From the NCBI GenBank assembly GCA_049967475.1, contig JBMFSQ010000002.1:1-64000 (forward strand): a stretch of 64,000 nt of DNA, in the 5' to 3' direction. This DNA comes from Chthonomonadales bacterium. GTDB taxonomy: Bacteria; Armatimonadota; Chthonomonadetes; Chthonomonadales; CAJBBX01. Shown here piece after piece: positions 18,350 to 28,590 of the stretch. Under the pieces are notes generated by a model. That model searched no databases. It was given only the letters and a program-made list of their open reading frames with translations, and was not told the DNA's origin. The position numbers and the translations under genes are program-made. Each line of letters opens with the position of its first letter. The first letter of the stretch is position 1.

Positions 18350-19150
18350 ATGGCAACACAGATCCATCCAACCGCCATCGTCCACCCGGGGGCGCACCTG
18401 GAAGATGGCGTGGTCATCGGCCCCTATTGTGTTGTGGGAGACGACGTACAGATCGGCTCCGGAACCCAACTGGAACCCCACGTGGTTCTGGAGCCGGGTA
18501 CGCGCATCGGGCGCAACTGCCGCATCTGGCCTGGCGCTGTGATTGGAGGACCTCCCCAGGATCACAAATACCGCGGAGAGAAATCCTTTGTAGTGATCGG
18601 CGACGATAACGTCATCCGTGAATGCGTTACCATCCACCGAGCGGTAGGCGAAGGGAATGTAACCCGCATCGGATCGGGCAACTGGTTCATGGCATATGCC
18701 CATGTGGGCCATAACTGCGAAATAGGCGACAACAACACCATCGCAAGCTATGTAGGGCTCAGCGGGCACGTAACCGTGGAGAGCAACGTCGTCATGGGTG
18801 GTATGGTGGGCGTGCATCAATTCACGCGCATCGGAAGGCTCGCCATGATCGGAGGAGTGAGCAAGGTCAACCAGGATATTCCTCCGTTCATGTTGGCAGA
18901 CGGCGTACCTGTGCGCGTGATCGAGCTGAACCGCATCGGCCTCAAGCGCCATGGCATCCCTCCCAATGTGCGCTCCACACTCCGCCAGGCCTACAAGCTC
19001 CTGTACCGCTCCAACCTCAACCGGTCGGAGGCCATCACTCGCATCGAGGAAGAGCTGGAAATCAGCGAAGAGCTGGATTACCTCATCACCTTCATGCGGG
19101 GCATTGCGTCGGGCTATGGGGGACGCGGCAACGACACGCCTCGTGCTTAG
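18350..19150 (+). CDS. lpxA: UDP-N-acetylglucosamine O-acyltransferase
   Basis: IHPTAIV, GGPPQDHKY, IRECVTIHR, AHVGHNC, VHQFTRIG, QDIPPF. Confidence 0.96.
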   Translation: MATQIHPTAIVHPGAHLEDGVVIGPYCVVGDDVQIGSGTQLEPHVVLEPGTRIGRNCRIWPGAVIGGPPQDHKYRGEKSFVVIGDDNVIRECVTIHRAVGEGNVTRIGSGNWFMAYAHVGHNCEIGDNNTIASYVGLSGHVTVESNVVMGGMVGVHQFTRIGRLAMIGGVSKVNQDIPPFMLADGVPVRVIELNRIGLKRHGIPPNVRSTLRQAYKLLYRSNLNRSEAITRIEEELEISEELDYLITFMRGIASGYGGRGNDTPRA

Positions 19151-19164
19151 CCGCGGAGGACGCT

Positions 19165-20508
19165 GTGGGGCCGAATGTCGCAATTGTAGCCGGAGAAGCA
19201 TCCGGGGATCTGGTGGGCGGAATGCTGGCGGCAGAGTTGCGCCGCCTGCGGCCCGACGTACGCATCTGGGGGATAGGAAGCCGGCATCTTCACGACGCGG
19301 GAGTAGAGCTCCTCTATGACAGCGCTTCGTGGGGATCCATAGGCGTGGTAGAAGCCCTTCGATGGTATCCATCCCTGCGCTTCCGAGTGTACCCGCACCT
19401 TGTGCGCGAGATCGCCGCCCGCAACAGCGCCTGCGTGATCCTCATAGACTTCGGCGCCTTCAACATGCAGGTCGCACGTTGGTGTGCGCGCCGCAAAGTT
19501 AAAGTGCTGTACTACTTCCCTCCGGGCTCGTGGAGGCGTGACGGGCGAGGAGGCGAAGAACTTGCCCGCCTGGCAACCTTCATCGCAACGCCCTTCCCAT
19601 GGTCCGCCCAGTATCTGGCATCTTTGGGCGCTCGTGTGGAATTCGTGGGGCATCCGCTGCTGGAAGCCGCTAGACCTGTGCATCCGTGCACTCAGTTCGC
19701 CGAGAGCCTGAGGCTCGACGTAAGGCATCCCATCGTGGGGCTTCTCCCGGGAAGCCGTACGTTTGAAATGAAGTATAACATTCCAGTGATGCTCGAGGCG
19801 GCGGCAGCCATCTACCAGCGTCTACCGGATGTCCAGTTTGTGTTCGCATTGGCAGCTACCGCCGACCTGAACCGAGTGAACGCCGAAATCCGCTGGTGGG
19901 AACAGCGAGCATCGCGGCAAGTCGCTGCGCCATCCGACCCTCCTGGGCGGCAGAACCGCCGCAGGGTAGTGCCGTCTCTAGTAACGCCCGAGGGCGTGCT
20001 CATGACGGAAGATGCGCTCAAACAACGCCCGGTGCCCCATGCATCGGCTAGGACGACCGGCGGGCACCTCCCCATCGTGGTGACGCAGGGCCGCACTTAC
20101 GACGTCATGGCATATTCGGACGTGCTGTTGGTATGCTCGGGGAGCGCCACGCTTGAAGCAGCGATCTTGGGGACACCGATGGTGATTGTATACCGCGGAT
20201 CACGGATTATGGAATTGGAATACAAACTGCGCCGCCTTCACCGCATCGAGCATATTGGGATGCCCAACATCGTCTGTGGCCGCCGCGTCGTTCCGGAGCT
20301 GATCCAGAGGGATGCAACCCCGCAGGCCTTGGCAGAACATGCCCTGCGCTTCCTGCTGGAGCCCGAAACCCGCGCCGCCACGAAAGCAGCCCTCGAAGAG
20401 GTCCGCGCTGCATTGGGAGAGCCTGGAGCCACCGCCAGGGTTGCGCGCATCGCGGTGGAGATGCTGCAACAAGGTACCGTTGCGAGGAGTTCGCAACAGC
20501 CATGCTGA
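19165..20508 (+). CDS. lpxB: Lipid-A-disaccharide synthase
   Basis: VAGEASGDL, FVGHPL, LLPGSR, SGSATLEAA, IGMPNI..VVPELIQ. Confidence 0.94.
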   Translation: MGPNVAIVAGEASGDLVGGMLAAELRRLRPDVRIWGIGSRHLHDAGVELLYDSASWGSIGVVEALRWYPSLRFRVYPHLVREIAARNSACVILIDFGAFNMQVARWCARRKVKVLYYFPPGSWRRDGRGGEELARLATFIATPFPWSAQYLASLGARVEFVGHPLLEAARPVHPCTQFAESLRLDVRHPIVGLLPGSRTFEMKYNIPVMLEAAAAIYQRLPDVQFVFALAATADLNRVNAEIRWWEQRASRQVAAPSDPPGRQNRRRVVPSLVTPEGVLMTEDALKQRPVPHASARTTGGHLPIVVTQGRTYDVMAYSDVLLVCSGSATLEAAILGTPMVIVYRGSRIMELEYKLRRLHRIEHIGMPNIVCGRRVVPELIQRDATPQALAEHALRFLLEPETRAATKAALEEVRAALGEPGATARVARIAVEMLQQGTVARSSQQPC

Positions 20509-22319
20509 AACGCCGCTCCGAAACCCCACAAGAGCGTGCGAAGCGCATCCGCCAGGCCAACGTGGAGCGCCGGTTGCTGGCCTACTTGCGCCCCCACGTG
20601 GGCGTGATTGCAGCAGGGCTCCTCTGTGCAGCCGGAAATGCCGGCATTACAGGGCTCCTTGCCTGGGGTATCAAGCTCACGATCAACGCCATGACCGGTG
20701 ACAGCGTTGGCCGGCTGAACTTCGTGTGCCTTGTGGTGGTAGCGGTATTCATCGTCAAAGCATTTCTCTTTTACGGGCAAACGTACTTTCTCTCGCTCAC
20801 GGCACAGCGTGTCACGACGCGCCTGCGTGACGAGATTTTCACGCACCTGCACTCCCTATCCCTCTCCTTCTTCAACCGCAAGCGCACCGGGGCCATCATG
20901 TCTACCCTTACCAATGACGTCCCGGTGATCCAGAACGCCGTCATGTCCGTACGGGACATCGTTACGGCGCCGCTCATGGTCATCATCACAGGAGGGATGC
21001 TGTTCTACACGAGCTGGCGCCTGACCCTCGTGGCCATCATCTTTGTGCCGCTCATGGGGCTCGTGATCTCGCGCATCGGCAAGCGCATCCGCTCCATCTC
21101 GGATTTGGTGCAGATCAAGCTGGCGGATATCAGCACCATTATCGAGGAGACAGTAGCCGGAGTACGCATCATCAAGGCCTTCGCCACCGAAAGCCATGAG
21201 ATCCGCCGCTTCAGCCGAGAGAATGAGCGAACTTATCACACTGTCATCCGGGGTGTCAAGAAGAGTGCTCAGCTCCGCCCGATTGTAGAGTTCATCGGAA
21301 GCTTCGGCATCGCCCTCGTGCTCTTCCTCGGCGGCAATGAAGTAGTGTATAACGCCAAACTCATCAAGCAGGGACTGCCGCCGGTAAGCCGCATGGATGC
21401 CGGCGGTCTCTTCATGTTCGTTTACCTGCTCCAGCAGTTGGCGGCGGCCGTAAGCAATATTGGTTCCATCAACGTGACCCGCCAACAGGCTCTAGCGGCC
21501 GCAGACCGCATCTTTTCCGAGATCCTGGACCAGAAGAGTGACGTGGTGGAGAAGCCCGATGCCATGGAAATGCCGCCTATTCAAGGGCACGTAGTATTCG
21601 AGAACGTCACCTTCTCTTATGGAGGAGACACACCCGTCCTGAAGGATATATCCTTCGAGGTGAAACCGGGCGAAGTGGTGGCCATCGTGGGATACAGCGG
21701 CGCGGGCAAGAGTACGGTGGTGGACCTCATCCCGCGCTTCTACGACGTGGATGCCGGACGAATTACTATTGACGGGATTGATGTGCGCGACGTGCGCCTT
21801 ACTTCCCTGCGCCGGCAGATCGGCATCGTTCCGCAAGACACGTGGCTGTTTGCCGGCACCTTGCGTGACAACATCGCCTACGGGCGCCGCGACGCCACAG
21901 AGGAGGAGATACGCGCCGCTGCCTACGCTGCCAACGCCTACTTCATCGAGGGGCTTCCCCAGAAGTTTGAAACGGTTGTCGGCGAGAGGGGTGTACGCCT
22001 TTCAGGGGGCGAACGGCAGCGCATCGCCATTGCACGGGCCATCCTTTTGAACCCGCGCCTGCTCATTCTGGACGAAGCCACGTCCTCACTGGATGCCTCG
22101 TCCGAAGCCCTCGTGCAGGAAGCCCTAGATCAGCTTATGAAAGGGCGCACGACTATCGTGGTGGCCCATCGCCTCTCCACCATCATGAACGCAGACCGTA
22201 TCCTCGTCATGGAAGACGGCCGCATCGTGGAGGCGGGCACCCACTCTGAACTTCTGGCTGCAGGGGGCCTCTACGCACGCCTGTACGATCGCCAATTCAA
22301 AGCCGAACTGCAGGACTGA
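20502..22319 (+). CDS. msbA: Lipid A/core flippase, ABC transporter permease + ATPase
   Basis: N-terminal TM domain, Walker A GYSGAGKST, LSGGERQR, LILDEATSSLD; located within the lpx cluster. Confidence 0.88.
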   Translation: MLKRRSETPQERAKRIRQANVERRLLAYLRPHVGVIAAGLLCAAGNAGITGLLAWGIKLTINAMTGDSVGRLNFVCLVVVAVFIVKAFLFYGQTYFLSLTAQRVTTRLRDEIFTHLHSLSLSFFNRKRTGAIMSTLTNDVPVIQNAVMSVRDIVTAPLMVIITGGMLFYTSWRLTLVAIIFVPLMGLVISRIGKRIRSISDLVQIKLADISTIIEETVAGVRIIKAFATESHEIRRFSRENERTYHTVIRGVKKSAQLRPIVEFIGSFGIALVLFLGGNEVVYNAKLIKQGLPPVSRMDAGGLFMFVYLLQQLAAAVSNIGSINVTRQQALAAADRIFSEILDQKSDVVEKPDAMEMPPIQGHVVFENVTFSYGGDTPVLKDISFEVKPGEVVAIVGYSGAGKSTVVDLIPRFYDVDAGRITIDGIDVRDVRLTSLRRQIGIVPQDTWLFAGTLRDNIAYGRRDATEEEIRAAAYAANAYFIEGLPQKFETVVGERGVRLSGGERQRIAIARAILLNPRLLILDEATSSLDASSEALVQEALDQLMKGRTTIVVAHRLSTIMNADRILVMEDGRIVEAGTHSELLAAGGLYARLYDRQFKAELQD

Positions 22320-22355
22320 CGGCTGCAGATCCTCTGCATCCACTTCCCGAAACGG

Positions 22356-23036
22356 TTGAACACGAGGATGGAAGCTGAGCCGAACAATCGCGGTTCCCGC
22401 AGTGCGGAACGGATCGCCGCCGTAGTCTACTCCCTAGCGCGCTTCATCGGAATGACGCTCCACGTGGACTACGAAGGCATCGAACGTGTGCACGATCTGG
22501 TCGCTTCGGGCTCGGGCGGGATTTTGGTTACGTGGCATGGCCGCACATTGATCCCGGCAAATGTATTCCGAGGGATGGGTTTTTGGGCTCTGATCTCGCT
22601 CTCTCGTGACGGCGAGATACAGAACCACATCTTCCGGCGCTTCGGATACCAAACGATCCGCGGTTCCACAGGCCGAGGAGGAGCAAAGGCCGCTCTGATA
22701 CTGGCCCGCAAGATCCGCGAAGGGGGCGTCCTCGCCTTTACACCGGACGGGCCGCGCGGCCCCTCTCACAAGGTGCAACCCGGAACCATCTTCCTCGCCC
22801 AGCGGTCACAGCGCCCCATTATCCCCCTGGGCATCAGCGCAGCGCCCCGCCTCCTGCTCAAGACGTGGGACCGCTATATGATCCCGGCACCCTTTGCGCG
22901 AGCCGCATTCGTGGTAGGAGAGCCGTTGTTCGTACCCGCCGACGCCGACGAAGATGTGATTGCCCGCGCAACCGAGGATCTCGAGCGGGCGATTGATGCC
23001 TGCGAAGCCCGGGCGGAGGCTCTGGTCAACCGGTAG
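22356..23036 (+). CDS. DUF374 lysophospholipid acyltransferase family (LpxJ-like)
   Basis: WHGR, SLSRDGE, IRGSTGRGG, FTPDGPRGP, TWDRYMIPAPF. Start could be ATG 22368. Confidence 0.85.
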   Translation: MNTRMEAEPNNRGSRSAERIAAVVYSLARFIGMTLHVDYEGIERVHDLVASGSGGILVTWHGRTLIPANVFRGMGFWALISLSRDGEIQNHIFRRFGYQTIRGSTGRGGAKAALILARKIREGGVLAFTPDGPRGPSHKVQPGTIFLAQRSQRPIIPLGISAAPRLLLKTWDRYMIPAPFARAAFVVGEPLFVPADADEDVIARATEDLERAIDACEARAEALVNR

Positions 23037-23084
23037 GCGCCGCAGGTATCATAGCTTCCAGTACCACATTCCGCACTCCCGCTG

Positions 23085-24389
23085 ATGCTCTTCTACGCCA
23101 TGTACAACTTGGCTCTGGCCCTGGCATCGCCCGCCATCGCAGTGCTCATGGTGCGGCGGCTTCTGGCAGGGAAGGACCGCGCCGGGTGGCGGGAGCGGTG
23201 GGGCCATCTCCCTAGCGCCGTGGCATCCAACCCCGCTCCCCGATTGTGGGTGCATGCCGCGTCGGTGGGAGAGGTTATGGCAGCGGCTCCCGTGCTACGG
23301 CTCTTTCACGAGGAGCATCCCGAATACTTCATCGCCATTTCTGCGATAACGCAGGGAGGCTACGAAACGGCTCAGAAGCTTGCCGAAGAACTCGGCGGTG
23401 CAGCCATTTACGCCCCATTTGACTTTCCCTTTGCCCTGCATCGCACTCTTGGGGCAATCCGCCCGCACGTATTGGCAGTGATGGAGACTGAGTTGTGGCC
23501 CAACATGGTCTTCTTAGCCCGTCGCTCCGGAGCAAAGATTGGTCTCCTCAACGGCCGCATCTCGGATCGCAGCTTCCGCCGCTACCGCGTCTTCCGCCGC
23601 TTCTTTGCCTGGGTTATGGGGCAGTTCGATGAGGTCCTTGTTCAAACCTCCCGGGATGCGCAGCGCTTCCAAGCAATCGGAGCGCGGGCACATACCATAA
23701 AAGTCTTGGGGAACACCAAATTCGACCAGGCCGGTCAACCCCTTCCAGCCTCAGATGCTCGGGACCTCCGCGCCGAACTTCATCTCCCTGCCGACGCGCC
23801 GGTTCTGGTCGTAGGCAGCACGCGCACAGCCGACGAGGAGCGGCACGTGATTGCCGCCTACATCCAGGCGTCTCGACGCATCCCCAACCTGGCCTTGATC
23901 CACGCCCCCCGCCACATTGAACGTGCTGGCGCGGTGGAGGCGATGCTTCGAGATGCCGGCCTTGAACCTGTGCGCCGCACGAACCTGGCCGAACTCCCCG
24001 GCACGGCACGCCAAATTGTGTTGGACACTTACGGGGAACTCGCCAAGGTTTACGCCGTGTGTGATGTTGCATTCATCGGAAATAGCCTCGTGCGTCCCGG
24101 GGGCGGGCAGAACCTCCTGCAGCCCCTCGCCCAGGGTAAGCCCGTGTTGTTTGGCCCCTGGATGCAGAACTTTCGGGATCTGGCTGAAGCAGCCCAGGAA
24201 GCGGGCGTCGGATGGCGCGTAGACGACGCCGAGCAGCTTGCTCAAAGGATTGTAGATCTGATCGAGGATGCCCCGCGCCGGGCTGAGATTGCCGGGCGTG
24301 CCACTGCATTGATCGTAGAGAACCAGGGAGCCTCGGCACGATACGTCCAGGCGCTTGCACAGTTGACGCAGGAGGCCTTGCGGCCGTGA
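23085..24389 (+). CDS. waaA: 3-deoxy-D-manno-octulosonic acid (Kdo) transferase
   Basis: WVHAASVGE, METELWPN, NGRISDRS, GNTKFD, APRHIER, DTYGEL, GGQNLLQP. Confidence 0.95.
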   Translation: MLFYAMYNLALALASPAIAVLMVRRLLAGKDRAGWRERWGHLPSAVASNPAPRLWVHAASVGEVMAAAPVLRLFHEEHPEYFIAISAITQGGYETAQKLAEELGGAAIYAPFDFPFALHRTLGAIRPHVLAVMETELWPNMVFLARRSGAKIGLLNGRISDRSFRRYRVFRRFFAWVMGQFDEVLVQTSRDAQRFQAIGARAHTIKVLGNTKFDQAGQPLPASDARDLRAELHLPADAPVLVVGSTRTADEERHVIAAYIQASRRIPNLALIHAPRHIERAGAVEAMLRDAGLEPVRRTNLAELPGTARQIVLDTYGELAKVYAVCDVAFIGNSLVRPGGGQNLLQPLAQGKPVLFGPWMQNFRDLAEAAQEAGVGWRVDDAEQLAQRIVDLIEDAPRRAEIAGRATALIVENQGASARYVQALAQLTQEALRP

Positions 24390-25504
24390 TGGGCGGTTAC
24401 GCTACCGAAGTTGTAACAGGCGCCCGCAACGGGTTCGGTGCATGGCTCCTCCGAGCGATGCTCACGGCCCCGGCCGTCGGCTATGCCGCGGGGCTCAAAC
24501 TCTACCTGTTTACCTACCGAGCCGGCATAAGAAAACAGACCCATCTTCCCAAACCGGTCATCAGCGTGGGCAACATTACATCGGGCGGGACCGGCAAAAC
24601 GCCGCTCGTGGAATGGATCTGCTCTTCCCTGGTTGAACGCGACATCCGGCCGGCGGTTCTCAGCCGCGGATACCGTGGAGAGTTCGAGCATGCATCGGCA
24701 GTGGTTTCCACACCAGAACGCGTGGAACTCACTGCGCGGCAGGCGGGGGATGAAGCATACCTCCTTGCGATGCTCCTGCCGGGAACCCCTGTTATCGTAG
24801 GGAAGGATCGCCGCCGTACAGGGGCATTGGCCATCGAACGCTTCCAGCCAGACATTTTGGTTCTCGACGACGGCATGCAATTCTACCAACTCTACCGGGA
24901 CCTGGATATTGCAGCCGTCAATGCCCGTGATCCCTTCCACAACGGATGGACGCTGCCCCGAGGGCTCCTGCGGGAACCTCCTTCGCATCTTCGCCGCGCG
25001 CAATGCATCGTAATTACCAACGCCGATGCCGTATCACAAGGCGCTTTGCAAGGGCTTATGCAGCGCCTAGCGAAGCTGGCCCCGTCATCCGAGGTCTTCA
25101 CCGCACGAAGCGTGCCCAGCGCACTCGTTGCTCTGGACCACTCCGCTGCACCTCCGCTTACATGGCTGCGGGGCAGGCGCGTAGCTACCCTATGTGCCCT
25201 CGGGCATCCTCAGACCTTCGAAGAGCAAGTGCGCAGCCTTGGCGCCGATATTGTTCATTCCTGCCGCCTGCCGGACCACGAAGCACCCACTATGGCGCGC
25301 CTCGAGCAGTTCATCACGCAAGGAAGAGCCCACGAAGCCGAAGCCGTGATCGTGTCCCTCAAGGACGCTGTGAAGCTGCCCCCCATCAGCAGGCCGCTTC
25401 GGTTTTACGCCTTAAAGGTCACGCTCGAGGTGGAGGATGGAGCAAAGCTCTTGAAGCGCATCTTTGCGGCTGCGCGCCTCCCATCGGGGGGTGTGCCCGA
25501 ATGA
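24386..25504 (+). CDS. lpxK: Tetraacyldisaccharide 4'-kinase
   Basis: PVISVGNITSGGTGKTP, LSRGY, GDEAYLL, LDDGMQ, LPRGLLREP. Confidence 0.95.
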   Translation: MMGGYATEVVTGARNGFGAWLLRAMLTAPAVGYAAGLKLYLFTYRAGIRKQTHLPKPVISVGNITSGGTGKTPLVEWICSSLVERDIRPAVLSRGYRGEFEHASAVVSTPERVELTARQAGDEAYLLAMLLPGTPVIVGKDRRRTGALAIERFQPDILVLDDGMQFYQLYRDLDIAAVNARDPFHNGWTLPRGLLREPPSHLRRAQCIVITNADAVSQGALQGLMQRLAKLAPSSEVFTARSVPSALVALDHSAAPPLTWLRGRRVATLCALGHPQTFEEQVRSLGADIVHSCRLPDHEAPTMARLEQFITQGRAHEAEAVIVSLKDAVKLPPISRPLRFYALKVTLEVEDGAKLLKRIFAAARLPSGGVPE

Positions 25505-26406
25505 AGCGAAAGGATGTACTGCGAGCCATAGGCCGCCTGGCGCTTTGGATCTTCATCCGGGTTATCCGCGTGCTGCCCTTCCCAATTGCGCTCGCGGTAG
25601 GCCGCGGACTGGGCAGGCTCATGTGTGCGGCTTCCAAGCGGCGCTATCAGGTGGCACTGAAGAACCTGGGGATCGCCTTCGGCGAAGCGCTCACCCCAGA
25701 ACAGCGCCATGCCATGGCCCGCCAGTCTTTCGTGCATTTCGGAATGTTCGCTGTGGAGTGCATCAAGTTCGCCTATATGAACCAGCAGGAGGCCCTGAGA
25801 CGTATCCGCACTGAAGGTTTTGAGCATCTGCAGAGCGTGATGGACCAGGGCAAAGGTTGCCTGCTCCTCAGCGCCCATCTTGGCAATTTCGAGATTGGAG
25901 CCCGCGTCGTTACTGCGGCGGGGTACGAACTCTTCGCCCTGGCCAGAGAAACCCGAGACGCGGGTACCACCGATTTGATGCAACAAATCCGTACGCGCAT
26001 GGGCATCAAGGTGGTCACCATCAACCAATCATTGCGGCCGGTGTTGGAGGGCCTCAAGCGCAATGCCGTCGTCGCCATCATCTGTGACCAGAACGCCGCG
26101 GACGTCTTCGTCCCCTTTTTTGGCCGGCCCACAGGCACCGTGTCGGGACCTGCCCGCCTGGCCCTGAAGACCGGGGCTCCAATCGTCACCTTTGCCTGCA
26201 CCCGGGACGGAGGGGGCGGGTACTGCTTCCATTTCCAAGAGCCCTACCGCCCGCAACCCACAGGCGATCCTCGAGCCGACATAGAAGCAGTAACCGCCGT
26301 CATCAACAGCAGGCTCGAAGAGCTGATCAGCCGCACGCCCGAGCAGTGGCTTTGGTTCCACGACCGTTGGAAATCGTCTCCTGGAGCAGCCCAGGATGCC
26401 TCTTGA
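25501..26406 (+). CDS. lpxL: Lipid A late (lauroyl-type) acyltransferase, LpxL/HtrB family
   Basis: SAHLGNFE, DQNA, VPFFGRP, PEQWLWFHDRWK. ATG overlaps the lpxK stop (ATGA). Confidence 0.88.
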   Translation: MKRKDVLRAIGRLALWIFIRVIRVLPFPIALAVGRGLGRLMCAASKRRYQVALKNLGIAFGEALTPEQRHAMARQSFVHFGMFAVECIKFAYMNQQEALRRIRTEGFEHLQSVMDQGKGCLLLSAHLGNFEIGARVVTAAGYELFALARETRDAGTTDLMQQIRTRMGIKVVTINQSLRPVLEGLKRNAVVAIICDQNAADVFVPFFGRPTGTVSGPARLALKTGAPIVTFACTRDGGGGYCFHFQEPYRPQPTGDPRADIEAVTAVINSRLEELISRTPEQWLWFHDRWKSSPGAAQDAS

Positions 26407-27499
26407 GCCGCCAGATATGGCGCAGGTGCACCGCCTGCTCATCGTGAAGCTGAGCGCCATCGGTGACGTGGTGCACGCACTGCCGGTATCCGCCGCTTTG
26501 GGCCAGGCATTCCCCCACGTCGAACTCACATGGCTGGTGGAGGAGCGTGCCGCCCCCATGGTCCTCGGCAATCCGTTCGTAAAGGAAGTAATCGTGCTGC
26601 CCATGCAATGGCGCAGGCGGCGCTTTGGATTGAGCACCGTGTCGGGCTTCTTGGAGATTGCCCGCCGCCTCCGCAAACGCAGGTTCGACATCTCTTTGGA
26701 TTTGCAGGGTCTGAGTAAGAGCGCCCTCCTGGCCCTTGCCTCAGGCGCTCGCCGCCGATATTGCAGCGATTGGCCCCGCGAAATCGCGCCATGGGTCGAG
26801 CAGCCCATCCCGCGCCGCCCGGAGAGCCTTCACATTGTGGATCAGCTTTTGGATGTCGCGCGCTTCCTCGGCGCCGCAGTGAAGGAGGTAATGTTTCCAC
26901 TCGCGGTTCCGCCGGAAGCGCGCGCCGCGGCCGACGGCCTTCTGCGATCCGTCGGCGTTGAGGAGGGGCAACCGTTCGCGGTGATCAACCCCAGCGATGG
27001 AGGCGGTGGCAACAAAGGATGGAACCCCTTGCGCTATGCGCGCCTGGCAAGCCTCATCCATTCAACGATGGGGCTTCCCGTTGTTTTGATTGGAGGCAGG
27101 GAAGACCGCCGCATCGCCGACATCATCGTTCGAGAAGCCGAGCGCCCTACCGCTGATCTCGTGGGGCAAACGGATCTCAAGCAGGCAGCCGCAATCCTTC
27201 TTCGGGCTGCAGTACACGTGGCGGGCGACACGGGAACTGCGCACATCGCCGCCGCCCTTGGGACACCCGTGGTATGCATCTTTGGGCGCACGGATCCTGT
27301 ACGGCTGGCGCCCTACGGTCAGGAACAGTATGTGGTCCACCATCGCGAGCAGTGCTCCCCCATCTGCCGCCGCTACCACGACACTGCACCCATCAACCGG
27401 CCGCAAAAATGCCTCGATCCGCCGCCACGGTGTCTGGACAAGGTTTGTGTGGAGGAGGTCTTCGAAGCAGTACGCCGTGCAGTCTCGGAAAGGTTATGA
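26396..27499 (+). CDS. GT9 heptosyltransferase (WaaC-like)
   Basis: LIVKLSAIGDVVHALP, DLQGLSKSA, GDTGTAHIAAALGTP. Confidence 0.88.
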   Translation: MPLEPPDMAQVHRLLIVKLSAIGDVVHALPVSAALGQAFPHVELTWLVEERAAPMVLGNPFVKEVIVLPMQWRRRRFGLSTVSGFLEIARRLRKRRFDISLDLQGLSKSALLALASGARRRYCSDWPREIAPWVEQPIPRRPESLHIVDQLLDVARFLGAAVKEVMFPLAVPPEARAAADGLLRSVGVEEGQPFAVINPSDGGGGNKGWNPLRYARLASLIHSTMGLPVVLIGGREDRRIADIIVREAERPTADLVGQTDLKQAAAILLRAAVHVAGDTGTAHIAAALGTPVVCIFGRTDPVRLAPYGQEQYVVHHREQCSPICRRYHDTAPINRPQKCLDPPPRCLDKVCVEEVFEAVRRAVSERL

Positions 27500-28551
27500 A
27501 CCCCGTGTCCTTTGCCGCCCAACACATCCTCGTATTCACAAAGCCCGGATACCTGGGAGACACGATCGTAGCAACACCGTTCCTGCGGCGCCTGCGCGAA
27601 GCGCTTCCCACAGCCCATATCGTGCTGCTGGGCGGACCATCCGCACCGGTCCTTTTGCGAGGCTGCCCGTACACGTCGGAGATCTGGATGCAGTACAGCG
27701 GCAACAGGCATTCCTTCCGCAGCGAAGTGCGCCTTGTTCAGCGCATCAAGGACGCCCATTTCCAGGCCGCCTTCCTCCTGGATCGCTCCATCCGCTCGGC
27801 CACCTTGGCTGCGCTGGCCCGTATACCCATGCGTATCGGGCACGCCACAGAGCACCGCCGGCTCCTGCTGACACATTCCATTCCTTATGACTGGGACCGT
27901 CCCGACCGCGAGTGCGCCCTGGCGCTCCTCCGATCCCTCTCGCTTCCAGCAGATCCAGCCCTTCCGGAATTGTGGGTGGTTGACGAGGAGCGAAGGGCGG
28001 CGCGAAGTTTGCTGGTTCGGCAGGGTGTAGAAGAGGGAGCCTTGCTGGTAGGGATGCAGCCGGGAGCGAACGACGCACCGGTGCGCGCCTGGCCTGCTGA
28101 GCGCTTCGGAGCCGTAGCTCAGCAGCTTGCTCACCGCTTCGGAGCCCGCACGATCCTGCTGGGTAGTGCCCAGGAAGCTCCTGCCGCTGCCGTAGCCACC
28201 CGCCATTCGGGCTCCCAAGCCGTCAACCTCGTTGGGCAAACAGATCTCCGCACCGCTCTGGCGCTCATCTCCCTGTGCACCCTCTGGATCGGCAATGATG
28301 GCGGCCTCCTCCATGCTGCGGTGGCACTCGGCCCCCGAACCGTGGGCATCTTCGGCCCCACGAAGGCGGCGCGATGGGGATACAGCACCCACCGTCATCG
28401 AACACTCGTGCACTTTCCTCCGAAGCCCACCAAGGATCCTGCCGCATTGCGAAGTTGTTTGGATGCGGTCACCGTAGACGAGGTTTTGGACGCAGCGGCA
28501 CAGCTTCTGCAAGATCCTTCCCGCTTCGCCGGTGAAGATCGGGTAATCTAA
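27496..28551 (+). CDS. GT9 heptosyltransferase (WaaF-like)
   Basis: GYLGDTIVATP, RAWPAERF, NLVGQTDL, GNDGGLLHAAVALG..GIFGPT. ATG overlaps the upstream stop. Confidence 0.86.
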   Translation: MNPVSFAAQHILVFTKPGYLGDTIVATPFLRRLREALPTAHIVLLGGPSAPVLLRGCPYTSEIWMQYSGNRHSFRSEVRLVQRIKDAHFQAAFLLDRSIRSATLAALARIPMRIGHATEHRRLLLTHSIPYDWDRPDRECALALLRSLSLPADPALPELWVVDEERRAARSLLVRQGVEEGALLVGMQPGANDAPVRAWPAERFGAVAQQLAHRFGARTILLGSAQEAPAAAVATRHSGSQAVNLVGQTDLRTALALISLCTLWIGNDGGLLHAAVALGPRTVGIFGPTKAARWGYSTHRHRTLVHFPPKPTKDPAALRSCLDAVTVDEVLDAAAQLLQDPSRFAGEDRVI

Positions 28552-28590
28552 TATAGTCTCTTGTCGCCAAGCCCTTTCCGGAGCCGAGCC

